A stretch of DNA of 45,802 nt from Desulfurococcaceae archaeon (GCA_038824035.1 JAWBBW010000011.1:1-45802), one strand, 5' to 3'; counted from the stretch's first letter, positions 8,897-20,905 are shown. Made by a program: numbers and translations. The notes: generated from the letters alone by a model not told the origin.

Positions 8897-9628
8897 GTGG
8901 CGATGTTTATGGCAGAAGTTGTAAAGTTAATGGATGTGTGGAAGGTTTACTATGTAGGCAAGGTGGAATTCCCAGCTTTGAGAGGCGTGGACTTGTCTAT
9001 AAACAAGGGCGAGATGATAGCGATAATGGGGCCGAGCGGATCTGGCAAAACAACTCTTCTGAACATGATGGGTCTACTGGATAGGCCAACCCGGGGTAAG
9101 ATCTACATAGAGGGTATAGACGTTATGAAGCTCAGTAGCGACAAAGTAGCTGAAATAAGGAATAGGAAAATAGGCTTTGTTTTCCAGCATTTCAATTTAA
9201 TTAATAGACTCAGCGTCTATGAAAACATAGAGTTACCCCTAGTAGCGAGAGGGCTTCCTCGTAAAATAAGGGAGAAAATGGTCATTAATGCATTGGAAAT
9301 GGTTGGTGGTGAGATATCCTGGTTAAGGAAAAAGCCAAATCAACTCAGTGGAGGACAGCAACAAAGAGTTGCAATAGCTAGAGCTATTGTAGGTGAACCC
9401 GAAATATTGTTGGCAGATGAGCCAACAGGTAACCTGGATAGGAAATCCGCCAGGATCGTTGTAGAGACCTTTACAAAGCTCAATGAAGGAGGGCTCACTA
9501 TTGCCATAGTAACACACGACCCTGAGATAGCTAATTGCACTAATACGATATACGTGATAAGGGATGGAAAGATCGTGAACACGGCGATCCCCGATATTGA
9601 TAAATGCATATTGAAAACATCGGTATAG
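8897..9628 (+). CDS. ABC transporter ATP-binding subunit (LolD/MacB/SalX type)
   Basis: Walker A GPSGSGKT, signature [23 protein letters not shown] and VTHD. Confidence 0.95.
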   Translation: MAMFMAEVVKLMDVWKVYYVGKVEFPALRGVDLSINKGEMIAIMGPSGSGKTTLLNMMGLLDRPTRGKIYIEGIDVMKLSSDKVAEIRNRKIGFVFQHFNLINRLSVYENIELPLVARGLPRKIREKMVINALEMVGGEISWLRKKPNQLSGGQQQRVAIARAIVGEPEILLADEPTGNLDRKSARIVVETFTKLNEGGLTIAIVTHDPEIANCTNTIYVIRDGKIVNTAIPDIDKCILKTSV

Positions 9629-9637
9629 GCGATCTCT

Positions 9638-12600
9638 ATGAGGAAGTTATTTATAATATTGTTGATGTTCTTGATCATCGTTTCACAGATACCTTTTATA
9701 TCGGCGCAAACAATGGGTAACTGGATCTTAGAGGAAGTTTCATTTAGATCTAATACGGGTGGGAATGTATATCCTGGTAGCAATAACGCTGTTTTAACAA
9801 TCGTGGTAAGATATACGGGCTTATCAGGTAATATTGTGATCCACCCTGTTGCATGTATAGAACTTCCAAGCGGGTTTGAAACTATTGGTACTAAGTGTAG
9901 TGGAGCACGTAATTTGAACAACGAATATTTGCCGAACGCTACAACCGGGGAGATACTGAAGTTCGAGTTCAGACTAAATGTTAATAAGGAAACTAAACCG
10001 GGAAGCTATATAGCGGTGATCAGGATCTCTTTTCTAACAGGTAATATCTACTACCAGGATTACCTAAGTATTAGCCTCTACGTGGCTCCATATCCACCGT
10101 TAATGGTGAATATAGAGGAAGTGTATATTACGCCGTATAGTTACCCAGGTTCTTGCCCTGTCTCGGCAAATGTGAGGATACGCAATAAAGGCGAGACAAC
10201 CATAACATCCATGAGGTTGACCCTAAGATCATCTCCTAATATAATCACTCCTAATACTGTTAATGTAACAATTACCCAGAGTTTGAGGAGTGGAGAATAC
10301 GCCATTGTATCTTTCCCCAATATATGTATAGATCCAACGACTCTCCCCGGCTCATACATGGCTGAATTACTTATCACAGCCTCCTTGATGACAGATGATG
10401 GCGTGTCATATGATGATAAAGTGGAAACATATTTAGCTTTTAACGTGGAGCAAGCACCAGCTATTAAAATATCCCTACTGGATTACTCGTTGACATCTAA
10501 TATACCATTGCCAGGTCTGAACAACACTGGTATAAGAATGATTATACAATCAAACGAGCCGGGCTTGATCAGGTTAACGCATTCTCAGGTCGAGTTAAAA
10601 GGGGCGACCTCGCTTAATGGTTCATCTATATTTGTCGTCGAGAACGAGATCAACATGAATTACTTAGATGTGGCTGAATTGGTGTTTCGCGGATTGGTGA
10701 TACATGATAACGCATCCTACATAGTAGTTAACGTGACATTACATGGTATTGTTCAGAGATATAATAGCGAATACCCAGCACATATAAACATGTTGCTCCT
10801 GGTGCCACTGAGAGATGACGAGTTGGATTTGAGAGTGGAGAGAGTGGAATGGGGCAATGTATATGCTTATCCGAATTCTACTGGCAATACACTGGTGATC
10901 TCGGTGTTGAACATGGAAATGGCAAGTATAACGGCTTCCCTGATTTCGTTGAAATTGCCTCCCGACGTATTTTACCCCAGTGATATTGTTGTTTACAATG
11001 TGATTATCCAGGGACTATCGATTACCCAAGTAGTTTTCCAGGGAATATCCATAGGTGAATCAGCCAAGCCGGGGATTTACGAAGCAGAGCTAACAATATA
11101 TGGTTTCATACAGTGTAATGATGGCTCAACGAGATATCTGAAATTCGAAAAGAAGATCTCAGTGATTATTCACAGCGTGGATGCATTAATGACATGGAAA
11201 CCTAGCTTTAACCTGGTATCGGCGTTCTGGGGAGAGGGTACACCGCAATATATATATCCCGGTAACCCGAGAGCCGGATTAACGCTTACCATACAAAATA
11301 TTGGATTATATATCGCATCCGATGTCGTTATCACGTTAATCCCAGATGACGAGTCGATCAAGCCATTGAGTAATAGCGTGGTTTGCGGCTCCATAAACCC
11401 TGGTGGAATATGCCAGGCGATGTTTTACCTGGACTTAACTAATGCAGATCCGGGCTCAAAGCAATTCACATTGTCATTAACATACTCGCTCAACCAGTTA
11501 GGCACACGTTCGAGGTTTTATCAGCTGATCAATTTCACGTTATTTTTGCCGGAATTTAAAGCGGGAGAGGGCATAGAGATCGCTAGTAGTGGATGGCTAA
11601 ACAATAACCCCGTGTATCCAAGGACAAAGGGGGCTGTGTACACCATAACACTGGTTAACCTAGAACCATACCCAGTATACTCCATGTGGGTGACATTGGA
11701 TCTACCGAGTTGTATGAAAATACGTGAAGGTGGATCATCAAGTACCTACATAGCTGGGCCCATAGCTAGCCTACAAACGACGAGTACTTCATTCACCCTT
11801 GATATCACATGTCAGCCGGGGATATATAGAGGAGTCGTGAAAATAGACTACTATGTTCAATATTATGGAGGTGGTTATAGGAAATATGTGGAGAAACCAG
11901 TAGAAATGGTGATTAGTAATGATGAGAACTCCATAGAGGTTATCTCCGCGGGCTGGATAGGTGGTTTACCGACATTGCCTATCAAGGGCGCTAACTACAT
12001 GGTTGTGATAAGGAATAAGGAGTTTCCAAGCATCTCCAACCCCGTTATGAGGATCAGGTTACCAAAGGGCTTTGTTGAATCATATTCAGGTAGCAATACG
12101 CCAAATATAACCCCTGCATACATAATACCGTCAATGCGGTTGCAGGGTGTCCCCCAGTTACAAGGTATAACGCCAGAGGCGATACTCTCCATGGCCACGC
12201 AAATGACATCTCCACAAACCAACAATATAAACAGAGGGGATGTAATGGTATTTGTACTGACGCTTAATGTAGAAAATGTGACAACAAGTCTATATGATGT
12301 TCCATTTGAATTAGTGTTCATTGATCACTGGGGCTATGAATACTCTGTAAACCATTCATTCACATTAAATCTCGTAGGAAAACCACCACTAATCGTGGTA
12401 AACCCCACTTCTCCCTTAGTGGTGTTTTCAAACGGGACTGCTATATTGGACTTGGAAATATTAAATGAATATGAAGCATCAATATATAATGTATATATAA
12501 TGCTCATACCCATGACAGGAATAGCGATTCCACAGGGCAATGTGAAATACATTGACGAGATACCGAGCAGGGCATCACTGAGTATTAGGTATGAACTTCT

Positions 12601-13195
12601 ATATAACCCCATGAGCGTGGGCAGTATACAGGTATCGGCACAGACCATTTCATCCATGTCAGCCGTCTTCACCGTTACATTGATCTATAGGGATTACAGC
12701 GGTATGTTGAATTCCATTAATTCGACTATCGCTGTATTGGTCAGGCCTTTCATAAACATCGAGATAACAGATCTATTGGCCCGTTACCAGAACAATATCC
12801 TGGCTGTGAATGGCTTAATAGTAAACACTGGCTTAACCAGGGCGAGGAGTTTAGTGATATACGTGAATTATGGGGATAAATATTCATATACACTCATAGG
12901 TGATGTAGACCCTGCATCACAAGTGCCGTTCAGAATAACCCTTGACTCTCAATTGATAGGCGATGAGTGTGAAATTATCGTGAAATACATGGACGATTAT
13001 GGCGTGGAATACTCGATATCGAGATCTGTGCCAATCAGAGTAATACAGCCTACAACGACTACGCCAATCACGCCGGGCCAGGCGACCATAGACATCTACA
13101 GATTAACAATAATAATGATTACTGCAACGTTTCTATTAGCAATATTCTTTGCGCTATTTATATACATAAGGAGAAGGCAAGGCGTGAGAAAGTGA
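9638..13195 (+). CDS. Large membrane-anchored cell-surface protein with tandem Ig-like (COG1361, S-layer-like) domains
   Basis: N-terminal signal peptide, recurring (W)...YPG...PGxY modules, a Thr/Pro linker, a C-terminal TM helix and a basic tail. It sits between the ABC ATPase and the permease. Confidence 0.75.
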   Translation: MRKLFIILLMFLIIVSQIPFISAQTMGNWILEEVSFRSNTGGNVYPGSNNAVLTIVVRYTGLSGNIVIHPVACIELPSGFETIGTKCSGARNLNNEYLPNATTGEILKFEFRLNVNKETKPGSYIAVIRISFLTGNIYYQDYLSISLYVAPYPPLMVNIEEVYITPYSYPGSCPVSANVRIRNKGETTITSMRLTLRSSPNIITPNTVNVTITQSLRSGEYAIVSFPNICIDPTTLPGSYMAELLITASLMTDDGVSYDDKVETYLAFNVEQAPAIKISLLDYSLTSNIPLPGLNNTGIRMIIQSNEPGLIRLTHSQVELKGATSLNGSSIFVVENEINMNYLDVAELVFRGLVIHDNASYIVVNVTLHGIVQRYNSEYPAHINMLLLVPLRDDELDLRVERVEWGNVYAYPNSTGNTLVISVLNMEMASITASLISLKLPPDVFYPSDIVVYNVIIQGLSITQVVFQGISIGESAKPGIYEAELTIYGFIQCNDGSTRYLKFEKKISVIIHSVDALMTWKPSFNLVSAFWGEGTPQYIYPGNPRAGLTLTIQNIGLYIASDVVITLIPDDESIKPLSNSVVCGSINPGGICQAMFYLDLTNADPGSKQFTLSLTYSLNQLGTRSRFYQLINFTLFLPEFKAGEGIEIASSGWLNNNPVYPRTKGAVYTITLVNLEPYPVYSMWVTLDLPSCMKIREGGSSSTYIAGPIASLQTTSTSFTLDITCQPGIYRGVVKIDYYVQYYGGGYRKYVEKPVEMVISNDENSIEVISAGWIGGLPTLPIKGANYMVVIRNKEFPSISNPVMRIRLPKGFVESYSGSNTPNITPAYIIPSMRLQGVPQLQGITPEAILSMATQMTSPQTNNINRGDVMVFVLTLNVENVTTSLYDVPFELVFIDHWGYEYSVNHSFTLNLVGKPPLIVVNPTSPLVVFSNGTAILDLEILNEYEASIYNVYIMLIPMTGIAIPQGNVKYIDEIPSRASLSIRYELLYNPMSVGSIQVSAQTISSMSAVFTVTLIYRDYSGMLNSINSTIAVLVRPFINIEITDLLARYQNNILAVNGLIVNTGLTRARSLVIYVNYGDKYSYTLIGDVDPASQVPFRITLDSQLIGDECEIIVKYMDDYGVEYSISRSVPIRVIQPTTTTPITPGQATIDIYRLTIIMITATFLLAIFFALFIYIRRRQGVRK

Positions 13196-14406
13196 GGTTA
13201 CTAGACGTATTAATTCTAAGTATAAAGACGCTTTCAGAGAAAAAACTCCGTGCTACATTAACAATCATAGGCGTGGCTATAGGTCCCCTGGCACTGATCA
13301 TGATCGGCAGTGTTGTTAGTGGATATGGTTCATACATAGTGTCGAACATAATGGGGTTAGGCCAAAACATGATCGTGGTGACGCCCTCGAGTAATTACAA
13401 GTTAACACAAGAAGATCTATCATTTCTCTCGTCACTGGAAGGAGTTGTTGAAGCAACACAGTTTTTTTCAATGCAGGGAGAGATATACATGGGAGGTTCA
13501 AGGAAAACCGTTTTCATATATGGGGTTGACCCTGCATTTGTCTTAAATGCGATAGGTAGTTTAAGGGTTCTTGAAGGAGATGTGCCATCAAGGGTAGATC
13601 TTGGCAAAGCACTTGTGGGGTATAACATAGCTCACGACGAATTTGGAAACAAGGTATATGAAATAGGGGATGTCTTGACAATTACTACTTATCAGGTAAA
13701 GGAGAGAGGTAGAATTGAGATCAGAAGACTTAACGTGGTCATAGTTGGTATACTGGACAAATACGGAGGAGCGGCATTTCTCAATCCAGATATCACTATA
13801 TTTGTGCATTTCGATACCTTGGAGAGAATGCTGGGAATTAAGGAATGGAGTGGCATATTATTATTAGCGGAATCACCGGAGAAAGTCGACGAGATCACGG
13901 ATACCATAAGGAATATCTATAAGAACAACGTGGATGTGATCTCATTTCTAGCTATAGCTAGGATGGTCTCCAGTGTCGTATCGGCGGTAGATTTCATATC
14001 CTTTGCAGCTTCTACTTCGGCATTTGCCGTGGCCGTGGCCGGTATAGCCTCAACCATGATCACAAGTGTGATTGAGAGAACAAGGGAAATAGGAGTAATG
14101 AAGGCACTTGGATTCAAGGATAGACAAGTACTAATGCTGATAATACTGGAAGGGCTCTGTATCAGTTTTATTGGATGTGCTATAGGAATTGTAATGGGAA
14201 TAGTAGGTGCCCATGTCTTATCTAGACATGGTGTGGTTATATCTGGCGGAACATTTAAAATAACAATAGAGGCTTCACCAGAATTCACGCCGCAATTATT
14301 TATGAGGGCTGTATTAATGACGTTATCAGTGGGATTATTGGGCTCTATTTTCCCGGCATATAGGGCTATGAAAATACCACCAGTTATGGCGCTTCGATAT
14401 GAATGA
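13192..14406 (+). CDS. ABC transporter permease (FtsX/MacB/SalY type)
   Basis: RATLTIIGVAIG, SVIERTREIGVMKALG and PAYRA...P...LRYE. Confidence 0.93.
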   Translation: MRLLDVLILSIKTLSEKKLRATLTIIGVAIGPLALIMIGSVVSGYGSYIVSNIMGLGQNMIVVTPSSNYKLTQEDLSFLSSLEGVVEATQFFSMQGEIYMGGSRKTVFIYGVDPAFVLNAIGSLRVLEGDVPSRVDLGKALVGYNIAHDEFGNKVYEIGDVLTITTYQVKERGRIEIRRLNVVIVGILDKYGGAAFLNPDITIFVHFDTLERMLGIKEWSGILLLAESPEKVDEITDTIRNIYKNNVDVISFLAIARMVSSVVSAVDFISFAASTSAFAVAVAGIASTMITSVIERTREIGVMKALGFKDRQVLMLIILEGLCISFIGCAIGIVMGIVGAHVLSRHGVVISGGTFKITIEASPEFTPQLFMRAVLMTLSVGLLGSIFPAYRAMKIPPVMALRYE

Positions 14407-14457
14407 CCTAGTCTATTAGTACTTATAATATTATTTCAAGGTAATAGCTATTCAGGG

Positions 14458-14982
14458 GTGCGAATTTTGACAGATAGTGTAAAGGACTTTATCAATAAAT
14501 GGTTAATCGAGGAATCCTTTATAGTCTCTAAGCTAGATGCCCCACCAGAGGCCAGGATCAAATGGGGATTGAACATTTCTACATCCGGAACACCCGGCAT
14601 AAGATTCACTATTATAAACCCCTTGGATAAGCCGGATCGAATGATCTTGGCACTGGGCATTATGATTTCAACCGAGCATAGAAGAGAAATAGAGAAGGCC
14701 AAGCTAGTGGATCGGGTTAGAGCTATGCATTCGATCTTGTCAAGAGCATTATCTGTTTGCATTGATTGTAAGATCGCGGTGCAGCCGAGTATCATTGATC
14801 CACAAACAATAACGGTGAACATGGAGATCTTCGAAGAAGAAATACTGAACTATGGTAAACCATATTTCCTCAGGTTAGTGACCAGGTTTTTAAACACTTA
14901 CTTGGCAATAGTATCTGGTTTCAATGAATGGTTTCCCGTGATCCCTACTGAGGAAAAAGGAAGATTACCCTCATTTATTTGA
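14458..14982 (+). CDS. Conserved archaeal protein (DUF2299-like)
   Basis: KWLIEE N-terminus and ISxEHR motif recalled for DUF2299. The start may be TTG 14467. Confidence 0.55.
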   Translation: MRILTDSVKDFINKWLIEESFIVSKLDAPPEARIKWGLNISTSGTPGIRFTIINPLDKPDRMILALGIMISTEHRREIEKAKLVDRVRAMHSILSRALSVCIDCKIAVQPSIIDPQTITVNMEIFEEEILNYGKPYFLRLVTRFLNTYLAIVSGFNEWFPVIPTEEKGRLPSFI

Positions 14983-15015
14983 TTAACAAAAGACCTTGAA
15001 AACAATGTTACTAGA

Positions 15016-15990
15016 TCACTTCACATGGTTATTTAGTTCTTCGAGGAACAACGCAAACATGCTTTTATCCATCCTAGCCCCAGCCGCCTGGGGATGCCCT
15101 CCTCCATGTACTTTCAACTTACGACTGATCTCTCTTAAAGCCTTGTTTAGATCAATGCTTCTATCTGAACGGAGGCTCATAACCAGGGTCTCGCCTCTAG
15201 TCTCCACGGCTATTCCTACCTTGGTGTTACCATATATACGTGAATAATTAGCGGCTCTTCCCAAGCTACCAGGTGGATTAATGACATATGAGACGTTATC
15301 CCTAATTATTACATTGTTCTTGACCCAGATCCTCAGTTCCTCGTTCTTAATCGCCTGTTTAAGGCTTTTATCGACAAGCTCGTTCAGGGAACTGGGTAAC
15401 TTATTCATGGACAAATGCTCTACAACGCGTCTCTTGAAATCATAATCTTTTCCAGCACCTTCCAAGCCCTCTACTAGGATACCTGCCTCGAGGTAGACAG
15501 ATCTCTTGTCCCATGTATCTAACATCTCTTTAACCCACGTTGTATCGTCTAGGTAGTCACTTATAGCTCCATATATGGCGACCCTGGAATACTCAACATC
15601 GAGCCCCTTTTCATGGAAAAAATTAAATGTCAATTCAGATGTGGATTTAAAAGGAACGTGTAAAAAGACAACATTTCCCCCGAATTCAGCTTTATCGAGT
15701 AATGGATGATGATCAATGTATATGACCTCGTTTCGCCTAGAAACCTCGCCCAGAATCCTAGATATATCTTCTATGTAATTCTCATTTAGTGCTATGTCGA
15801 GTATGATCACGTTAAATCCTTCTTTCAGAAAACCCTTTAGATCGCCAAGTAAGCCGACAGGATGTGTGAAGATGACATGCGTGGTAAACCCCTTCTTGTC
15901 CAGGAAAGCCTTGGCTAATGCAGCGGAGGCAACGCCGTCGCCATCTCCATGTGTGAAAATGAGCCAACCACTCATTATTACCCCTGACAC
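15016..15990 (-). CDS. DHH/DHHA1-family phosphoesterase
   Basis: HGDGDG, ILDIA, IDHH, SLRS and GGGHPQAAG. Confidence 0.9.
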   Translation of the reverse strand: MSGVIMSGWLIFTHGDGDGVASAALAKAFLDKKGFTTHVIFTHPVGLLGDLKGFLKEGFNVIILDIALNENYIEDISRILGEVSRRNEVIYIDHHPLLDKAEFGGNVVFLHVPFKSTSELTFNFFHEKGLDVEYSRVAIYGAISDYLDDTTWVKEMLDTWDKRSVYLEAGILVEGLEGAGKDYDFKRRVVEHLSMNKLPSSLNELVDKSLKQAIKNEELRIWVKNNVIIRDNVSYVINPPGSLGRAANYSRIYGNTKVGIAVETRGETLVMSLRSDRSIDLNKALREISRKLKVHGGGHPQAAGARMDKSMFALFLEELNNHVK

Positions 15991-16126
15991 ACAGTTAGTA
16001 ATGATATCCGTGACTGGCCTAAAAATATCTGACTTAGACTTAACTCTGTTAATTAATTATCGATGAGAACTTGGTCAAGGAAAATATTTATTTATCTTGA
16101 TGATTTATTTAATACACCTTGATCCA

Positions 16127-17197
16127 CTATACAAATCCCTTTTTAACCAACAGCTCTGCGATTAGAACACCTGTGCCAGCCGCGCCCCTGATGGTATTAT
16201 GACCTACGACAAAGTATTTAACACCCTTGAGGACAGGGTCCTTTCTAATCCGACCCACTACGACACTCATACCATTGCCTTCTAATCTGTCTAGACGTGG
16301 TTGGGGCCTATCGATCTCTTTCTTAAATATGACTGGTCTTTCCGGTGCACTAGGTAATCCTAGTCCACGGATCTTGTTATTCCTGTATTCGCTCAACACT
16401 TTAACGACTTCATCTAGATCCGGTTCTTTCAGGAGTTCTGTGAAAACGGAGAGGGAATGTCCCTCTAACACCATTACCCTGTGACAACTAGCCGAGACAG
16501 CTATTTCTCTATTCAGGGCTATTTCATCTCCTCTGAATTCGCCAAAGATTTTCAACGTCTCTGTCTCTACTTTCTCCTCCTCGCCTTCTATGTAGGGAAT
16601 TATGTTATCCAGGATAAACATCGATGGAACACCTGTCAGACCAGCACCAGATAACCCCTGCATCGTGGACACGATTACGCGTTTTACCCCGTACTCATCG
16701 TGAATGGGCTTCAAACTGAGCGTCAATATAGCGGTTGTACAATTAGGCACTTTGACTATTGCTCCGCTCCATCCACGTCTTTTACGTTGGGTTTCGATCA
16801 CGTCGATGTGATCAGCGTTTACCTCGGGATTTATCAATGGTATATCGATATCCATTCTCATATTGCTTGCATTCGATACGACTACGAGGCCTTTCTTGGC
16901 TAGTTCTGGTTCAATGCTTTGTGCAACATCACTTGGCAACGCCACGAAAACCAGATCTACTTTTTCTTCAATGATCTTGTCAATGCTTGTAGGTTCAAGA
17001 ACCATATCCTGTACATTTCTTGGAATAGGTTTCTCCAATACCCATTTAACAGCTTCTTCATATTTCTTACCCACCGACTTCTCAGCGGTTAACATGGATA
17101 TTTCAAACCATGGATGATTAGAAAGGAACGAGACAAATCTTTGACCAACAATACCAGTGGCTCCAAGTATAGCTACGCGTCTTTTCATATACCACAC
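16127..17197 (-). CDS. asd: Aspartate-semialdehyde dehydrogenase
   Basis: GATGIVGQRF, catalytic PNCTT, QGLSGAG and HNTIRGAAG. Confidence 0.95.
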   Translation of the reverse strand: MWYMKRRVAILGATGIVGQRFVSFLSNHPWFEISMLTAEKSVGKKYEEAVKWVLEKPIPRNVQDMVLEPTSIDKIIEEKVDLVFVALPSDVAQSIEPELAKKGLVVVSNASNMRMDIDIPLINPEVNADHIDVIETQRKRRGWSGAIVKVPNCTTAILTLSLKPIHDEYGVKRVIVSTMQGLSGAGLTGVPSMFILDNIIPYIEGEEEKVETETLKIFGEFRGDEIALNREIAVSASCHRVMVLEGHSLSVFTELLKEPDLDEVVKVLSEYRNNKIRGLGLPSAPERPVIFKKEIDRPQPRLDRLEGNGMSVVVGRIRKDPVLKGVKYFVVGHNTIRGAAGTGVLIAELLVKKGFV

Positions 17198-18306
17198 CCA
17201 TAGAATATATAATCATGTAGGTTCCTGATAATCTTCAAATGATCATTTCCACTAATTGTCATTATCAGTGAAGGTCTCTCTGAACTAGTCTGTAATTCAT
17301 TGATCTCGATTCCATGACTAACTAAATAATCCATGATCTCCTTTATAAATATCGCTTTAGATACCCCATTACCAATTAGCGCTATTCTTGATCTCTTGTT
17401 TATTACTTGATTAGTAATAACTTTTGGCCCCTCTTTGCTTGTTTTTTCAATTATTTTCGTGCCAAATTTCTCCCAAGATCCTATCAATACTCGTGGCCCT
17501 GGCCGCCTTATCAAAGGATCAAATGATTTACAATTAATACCCTTTACATTATATAGAGATGCCTCGAGGGCCTCGGCATAGCTCATGTCATCTACAACCC
17601 TGGCGGTCGGAACCACGCGTGGATCAGCTGTCATTATTCCATCGACGTCTGTGACTAGATATATATCTTTTAATCCAAGTAATGATGCGATAGATGTAGC
17701 GGTATAATCTGATCCCCCTCGTCCAAGAGTCGTTATTACGCCATTTATATTCGAGCCTATGAAACCCTCTATTACTACGACAGCGTCATGTTCCCTGGCA
17801 ACTCTGTATATTTTCTCTAGCCTAGGCAAGGTTCGATCGTAGTCTATATTGGCGTTGCCATGATTATTATCTGTCACTATGATATCGGTCGCGTCGATTT
17901 CAATAGTTTTCACGCCCATGTTTTCAAGCATATCTGCAAATATAGTTTTACTCAGTTTCTCTCCAAAGGATAAAATTAAATCCCTGAGAGCGGGGGTATA
18001 CGTGTTCACGTTTTCCACAATTCGTCTTAGATCGTTTAGGCTTTTCTCAACTCTTTTGATTAACTTACATGAACCCACTTCATTTGCTACTAGCAGGTAT
18101 TTCGATTCAATGTTTTCAATCTCGTTTTTATAGCCATTAGCGATCTTAAGTAAGCTATCAGTGATGCCCTTCATAGCCGAGATCACTATGAATGGCCTAA
18201 GGCCCCTCTCTATGAACAACTCCACTACTTTTTGTGCATTGATCACATACGACTTAGCATCTCGGAGTATGGAACCACCTATTTTGACCACAACATATTC
18301 TTTCAC
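17185..18306 (-). CDS. lysC: Aspartate kinase
   Basis: VVKIGGS, ISAMKGITD, TTLGRGGSDYTA and DVDGIMTADPR, with a short ACT-like tail. Confidence 0.92.
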   Translation of the reverse strand: MKEYVVVKIGGSILRDAKSYVINAQKVVELFIERGLRPFIVISAMKGITDSLLKIANGYKNEIENIESKYLLVANEVGSCKLIKRVEKSLNDLRRIVENVNTYTPALRDLILSFGEKLSKTIFADMLENMGVKTIEIDATDIIVTDNNHGNANIDYDRTLPRLEKIYRVAREHDAVVVIEGFIGSNINGVITTLGRGGSDYTATSIASLLGLKDIYLVTDVDGIMTADPRVVPTARVVDDMSYAEALEASLYNVKGINCKSFDPLIRRPGPRVLIGSWEKFGTKIIEKTSKEGPKVITNQVINKRSRIALIGNGVSKAIFIKEIMDYLVSHGIEINELQTSSERPSLIMTISGNDHLKIIRNLHDYIFYGCGI

Positions 18307-19352
18307 ATCAACCCCCTCCTCGCAATTGATATGGACAATATATCGTCTAGGACAGAGTGGGCCGTTTCAAATCCACCACCTCCTTTACCCATGAAGAATA
18401 GCTTACCAATATCGCTGTATATTTCAACAGCATTCAATGTGCCATTTACCTGTGATAATATCTCGCTTCTCGGTAATTCAAATGGTTTGACCTCTGCGTA
18501 CCCATTTTTTAGATCTATATAGGCAATGTATTTTATTACATGGTTGTTTCTCATAGCATTTATGACATCTCGCAACTTAACCTTACTTAAGGAATCTCTC
18601 TTAATCTTGTCCATCGATACTGGTTTGCCTAGGATGCGAGATAATATCACCAGTTTAGCAGCGGCATCGTAGCCTTCTACATCGAGCCTTGGATCCGCCT
18701 CAGCTATTCCCAATATCTTAGCTTTCTGCAATGCTTCATCAAAATCTATCAGCTCATTATGCATTGTGGTTAAAACGAAGTTTGTAGTTGCGTTTAAAAT
18801 ACCACGTATTTCTTCTATCTCGGGACTTCTAATGTTCAACAACATATCTATTAAAGGAGTTCCACCCATAACGGTTGCTCTGAACTTCACATAGACGCCT
18901 TTGGCCTTTGCAAGGTTCATTATTTCCTCATAGCCCAGGACAAGTGGGGCTTTATTAGCAGTGACTACGTTAACACCTCTATTCAGAGCAAATAACAGGT
19001 TGCTTAACCCTGGTTCTCCGGTTTCATAGTTAGAGGGAGTTAATTCGACGTGAATATCGGGTTGCGTGATTTTGTATAATAAATCTAAGTCCACGTAATC
19101 ATATGCATTTTCTCCATATGTTCTTATACCTGATCGAGGTAATTCACATAGTTTCAATAGCTCATAGCTAGAAAGCCCGTTTTCCTTGATGATCATTCCT
19201 TTAGAATCAACGACACCTACTACGGAGAGATATATGCCATATTTTTTCTCGAGAACTGGTTTTTTAAAGGATAAGATCTTGGCTAATGACCTACCCACAT
19301 TGCCAAAACCTATGATAACTATTCGTATGTTTCCATTTCCATCCCCCATCAC
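18303..19352 (-). CDS. hom: Homoserine dehydrogenase
   Basis: GFGNVG, VTANKAP, GILNATTNF and AEADPRLDVEGYDAAAKL. Confidence 0.93.
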   Translation of the reverse strand: MMGDGNGNIRIVIIGFGNVGRSLAKILSFKKPVLEKKYGIYLSVVGVVDSKGMIIKENGLSSYELLKLCELPRSGIRTYGENAYDYVDLDLLYKITQPDIHVELTPSNYETGEPGLSNLLFALNRGVNVVTANKAPLVLGYEEIMNLAKAKGVYVKFRATVMGGTPLIDMLLNIRSPEIEEIRGILNATTNFVLTTMHNELIDFDEALQKAKILGIAEADPRLDVEGYDAAAKLVILSRILGKPVSMDKIKRDSLSKVKLRDVINAMRNNHVIKYIAYIDLKNGYAEVKPFELPRSEILSQVNGTLNAVEIYSDIGKLFFMGKGGGGFETAHSVLDDILSISIARRGLM

Positions 19353-19599
19353 CTTTGATAGCTTCGATTCATATTTTTAACACAAGCTGTCATTTATAAA
19401 TCTTCTTTACTTTTTTCCCAAAGTTTTGTGTTATGAAATAAATTAAAATACATAGAACGATCTATGTATATCGTTATAACGATCATAGGAACGAGCCATA
19501 TTCTCTAATTATCCACTTGGTATTACGTGGTATTTAAACCACTTTATATTATAACGACTCTATACTCATGCGATGGATTTCAAGCCCTTTATTTCACCT

Positions 19600-19905
19600 G
19601 CTCCAAGCCATTTTTAATGATATTAGTCATAGCTACAACATCATAGCTATCAATGACAATAGTGATAAGATCTAAGGTATTATCTCTAAAAGAATCAATG
19701 CATATCAAAGTTGTCAAGGCGCTTGGTGTTTCGAGAGAACACATGATATGAAGCAATATATTATCAGTGTCCCACACTTTTACTATCATATATGGTATTA
19801 TTGATTAGTAATGCTACGCTGGTTGAGATTGGATCAAGTTACCTGGAACTGAGTGATCCCCTATCTCCAACCCTTACAGTGCTTGGCCTGAATTTCCTGC
19901 AGAGA
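19600..19905 (+). pseudogene. Decayed oligopeptide/dipeptide ABC permease (OppC/DppC) remnant
   Basis: Manual translation: MILVIATTS*LSMTIVIRSKVLSLKESMHIKVVKALGVSREHMI*SNIL (stops at 19644 and 19749; EAA-loop region). After a frameshift: LISNATLVEIGSSYLELSDPLSPTLTVLGLNFL. Confidence 0.75.
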
Positions 19906-20055
19906 TTTTCTGAATCGTTATCTCAATACACAAATCGAATATAGGGGACGCAATATTATTACGATATGTCGTTATTTTAATGTCTCACTTAATAAATCTT
20001 AGTAATAAATTTAATTCATGATAATGCTAATGAGAAGTAGTTATTTATATTCCTT

Positions 20056-20862
20056 ATGGCAATTATTCTATTGATGATTGAAATGAGTGTTTTAGAAGAT
20101 AACCATGGCACGGAAATAAGCATTGTTATTGGGATTAAAAGGCTTGAAAGAACTAGTTTATCGTTTGCAATTATAAGCATGCTTTTATTATTTTCACAAT
20201 CACTTTCATCAAATTTCGTTACCCAGGTATTTGCTTTTATAAACGCGATGTATGAAGGAATACTTGTTCAAGAGGAAATGGTGGAGAAATTAACTATTCT
20301 GATTAGAGAAGAGGCAATGAATTTATTAATCAGCGGCGTGATACTCATAGCCTCTTTTATACTCTCGTTACTATCGTTGTTTAGATATGGGTTACCGGGA
20401 TTCTCCGATCTAAGGAAATGGAGATCGCGGGATTTCAGTTCAGGTGTCTTTTTATTCAAGGTGGGATCTATCGGTGGCCTCGTATCATTGACACTTGCGA
20501 TCACAACATTATCCCACATAATTTATATTATCTGCACCACTTTCAGTCTGAGTGAACAAAGCTTACTGGAAATGGCACTATCCGGGATATCGCTTTTAGT
20601 TGGGCTTATACTAGTGTTGCTGGGATCTATTGGTGTCACGATCGTGTTTTTCAAACTAGGTAAGATCTCCGGGATAAGATTATTCTATGTCCCAGGGGTA
20701 TTGTTACTTATTGGTGTTTTGCTATCCATATTGACCACTGTTTACGATCTATCCATTTTCGCTATTGCCTGGATCTTGGCGTATATAGCGTTTAGATCGT
20801 TACATAAGAGCTATCCGAGGCTTAAAATGACAGAAAATACATCTTTGCCTTTCCCGGAGTGA
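20056..20862 (+). CDS. Multi-pass membrane protein (DUF973/DUF996-like)
   Basis: About 6 hydrophobic segments. FFKLG...LF...GVLLLIG...IAWILAYIAF resembles these crenarchaeal families. Confidence 0.55.
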   Translation: MAIILLMIEMSVLEDNHGTEISIVIGIKRLERTSLSFAIISMLLLFSQSLSSNFVTQVFAFINAMYEGILVQEEMVEKLTILIREEAMNLLISGVILIASFILSLLSLFRYGLPGFSDLRKWRSRDFSSGVFLFKVGSIGGLVSLTLAITTLSHIIYIICTTFSLSEQSLLEMALSGISLLVGLILVLLGSIGVTIVFFKLGKISGIRLFYVPGVLLLIGVLLSILTTVYDLSIFAIAWILAYIAFRSLHKSYPRLKMTENTSLPFPE

Positions 20863-20905
20863 TCCATATTGAATTGTTTTTAAACCCATAGTGAAACATA
20901 GTATT

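Noticed and set aside
19589-19789. 66-aa minus-strand ORF
   Set aside because: Antisense to the OppC-like pseudogene, with no recognisable motif.
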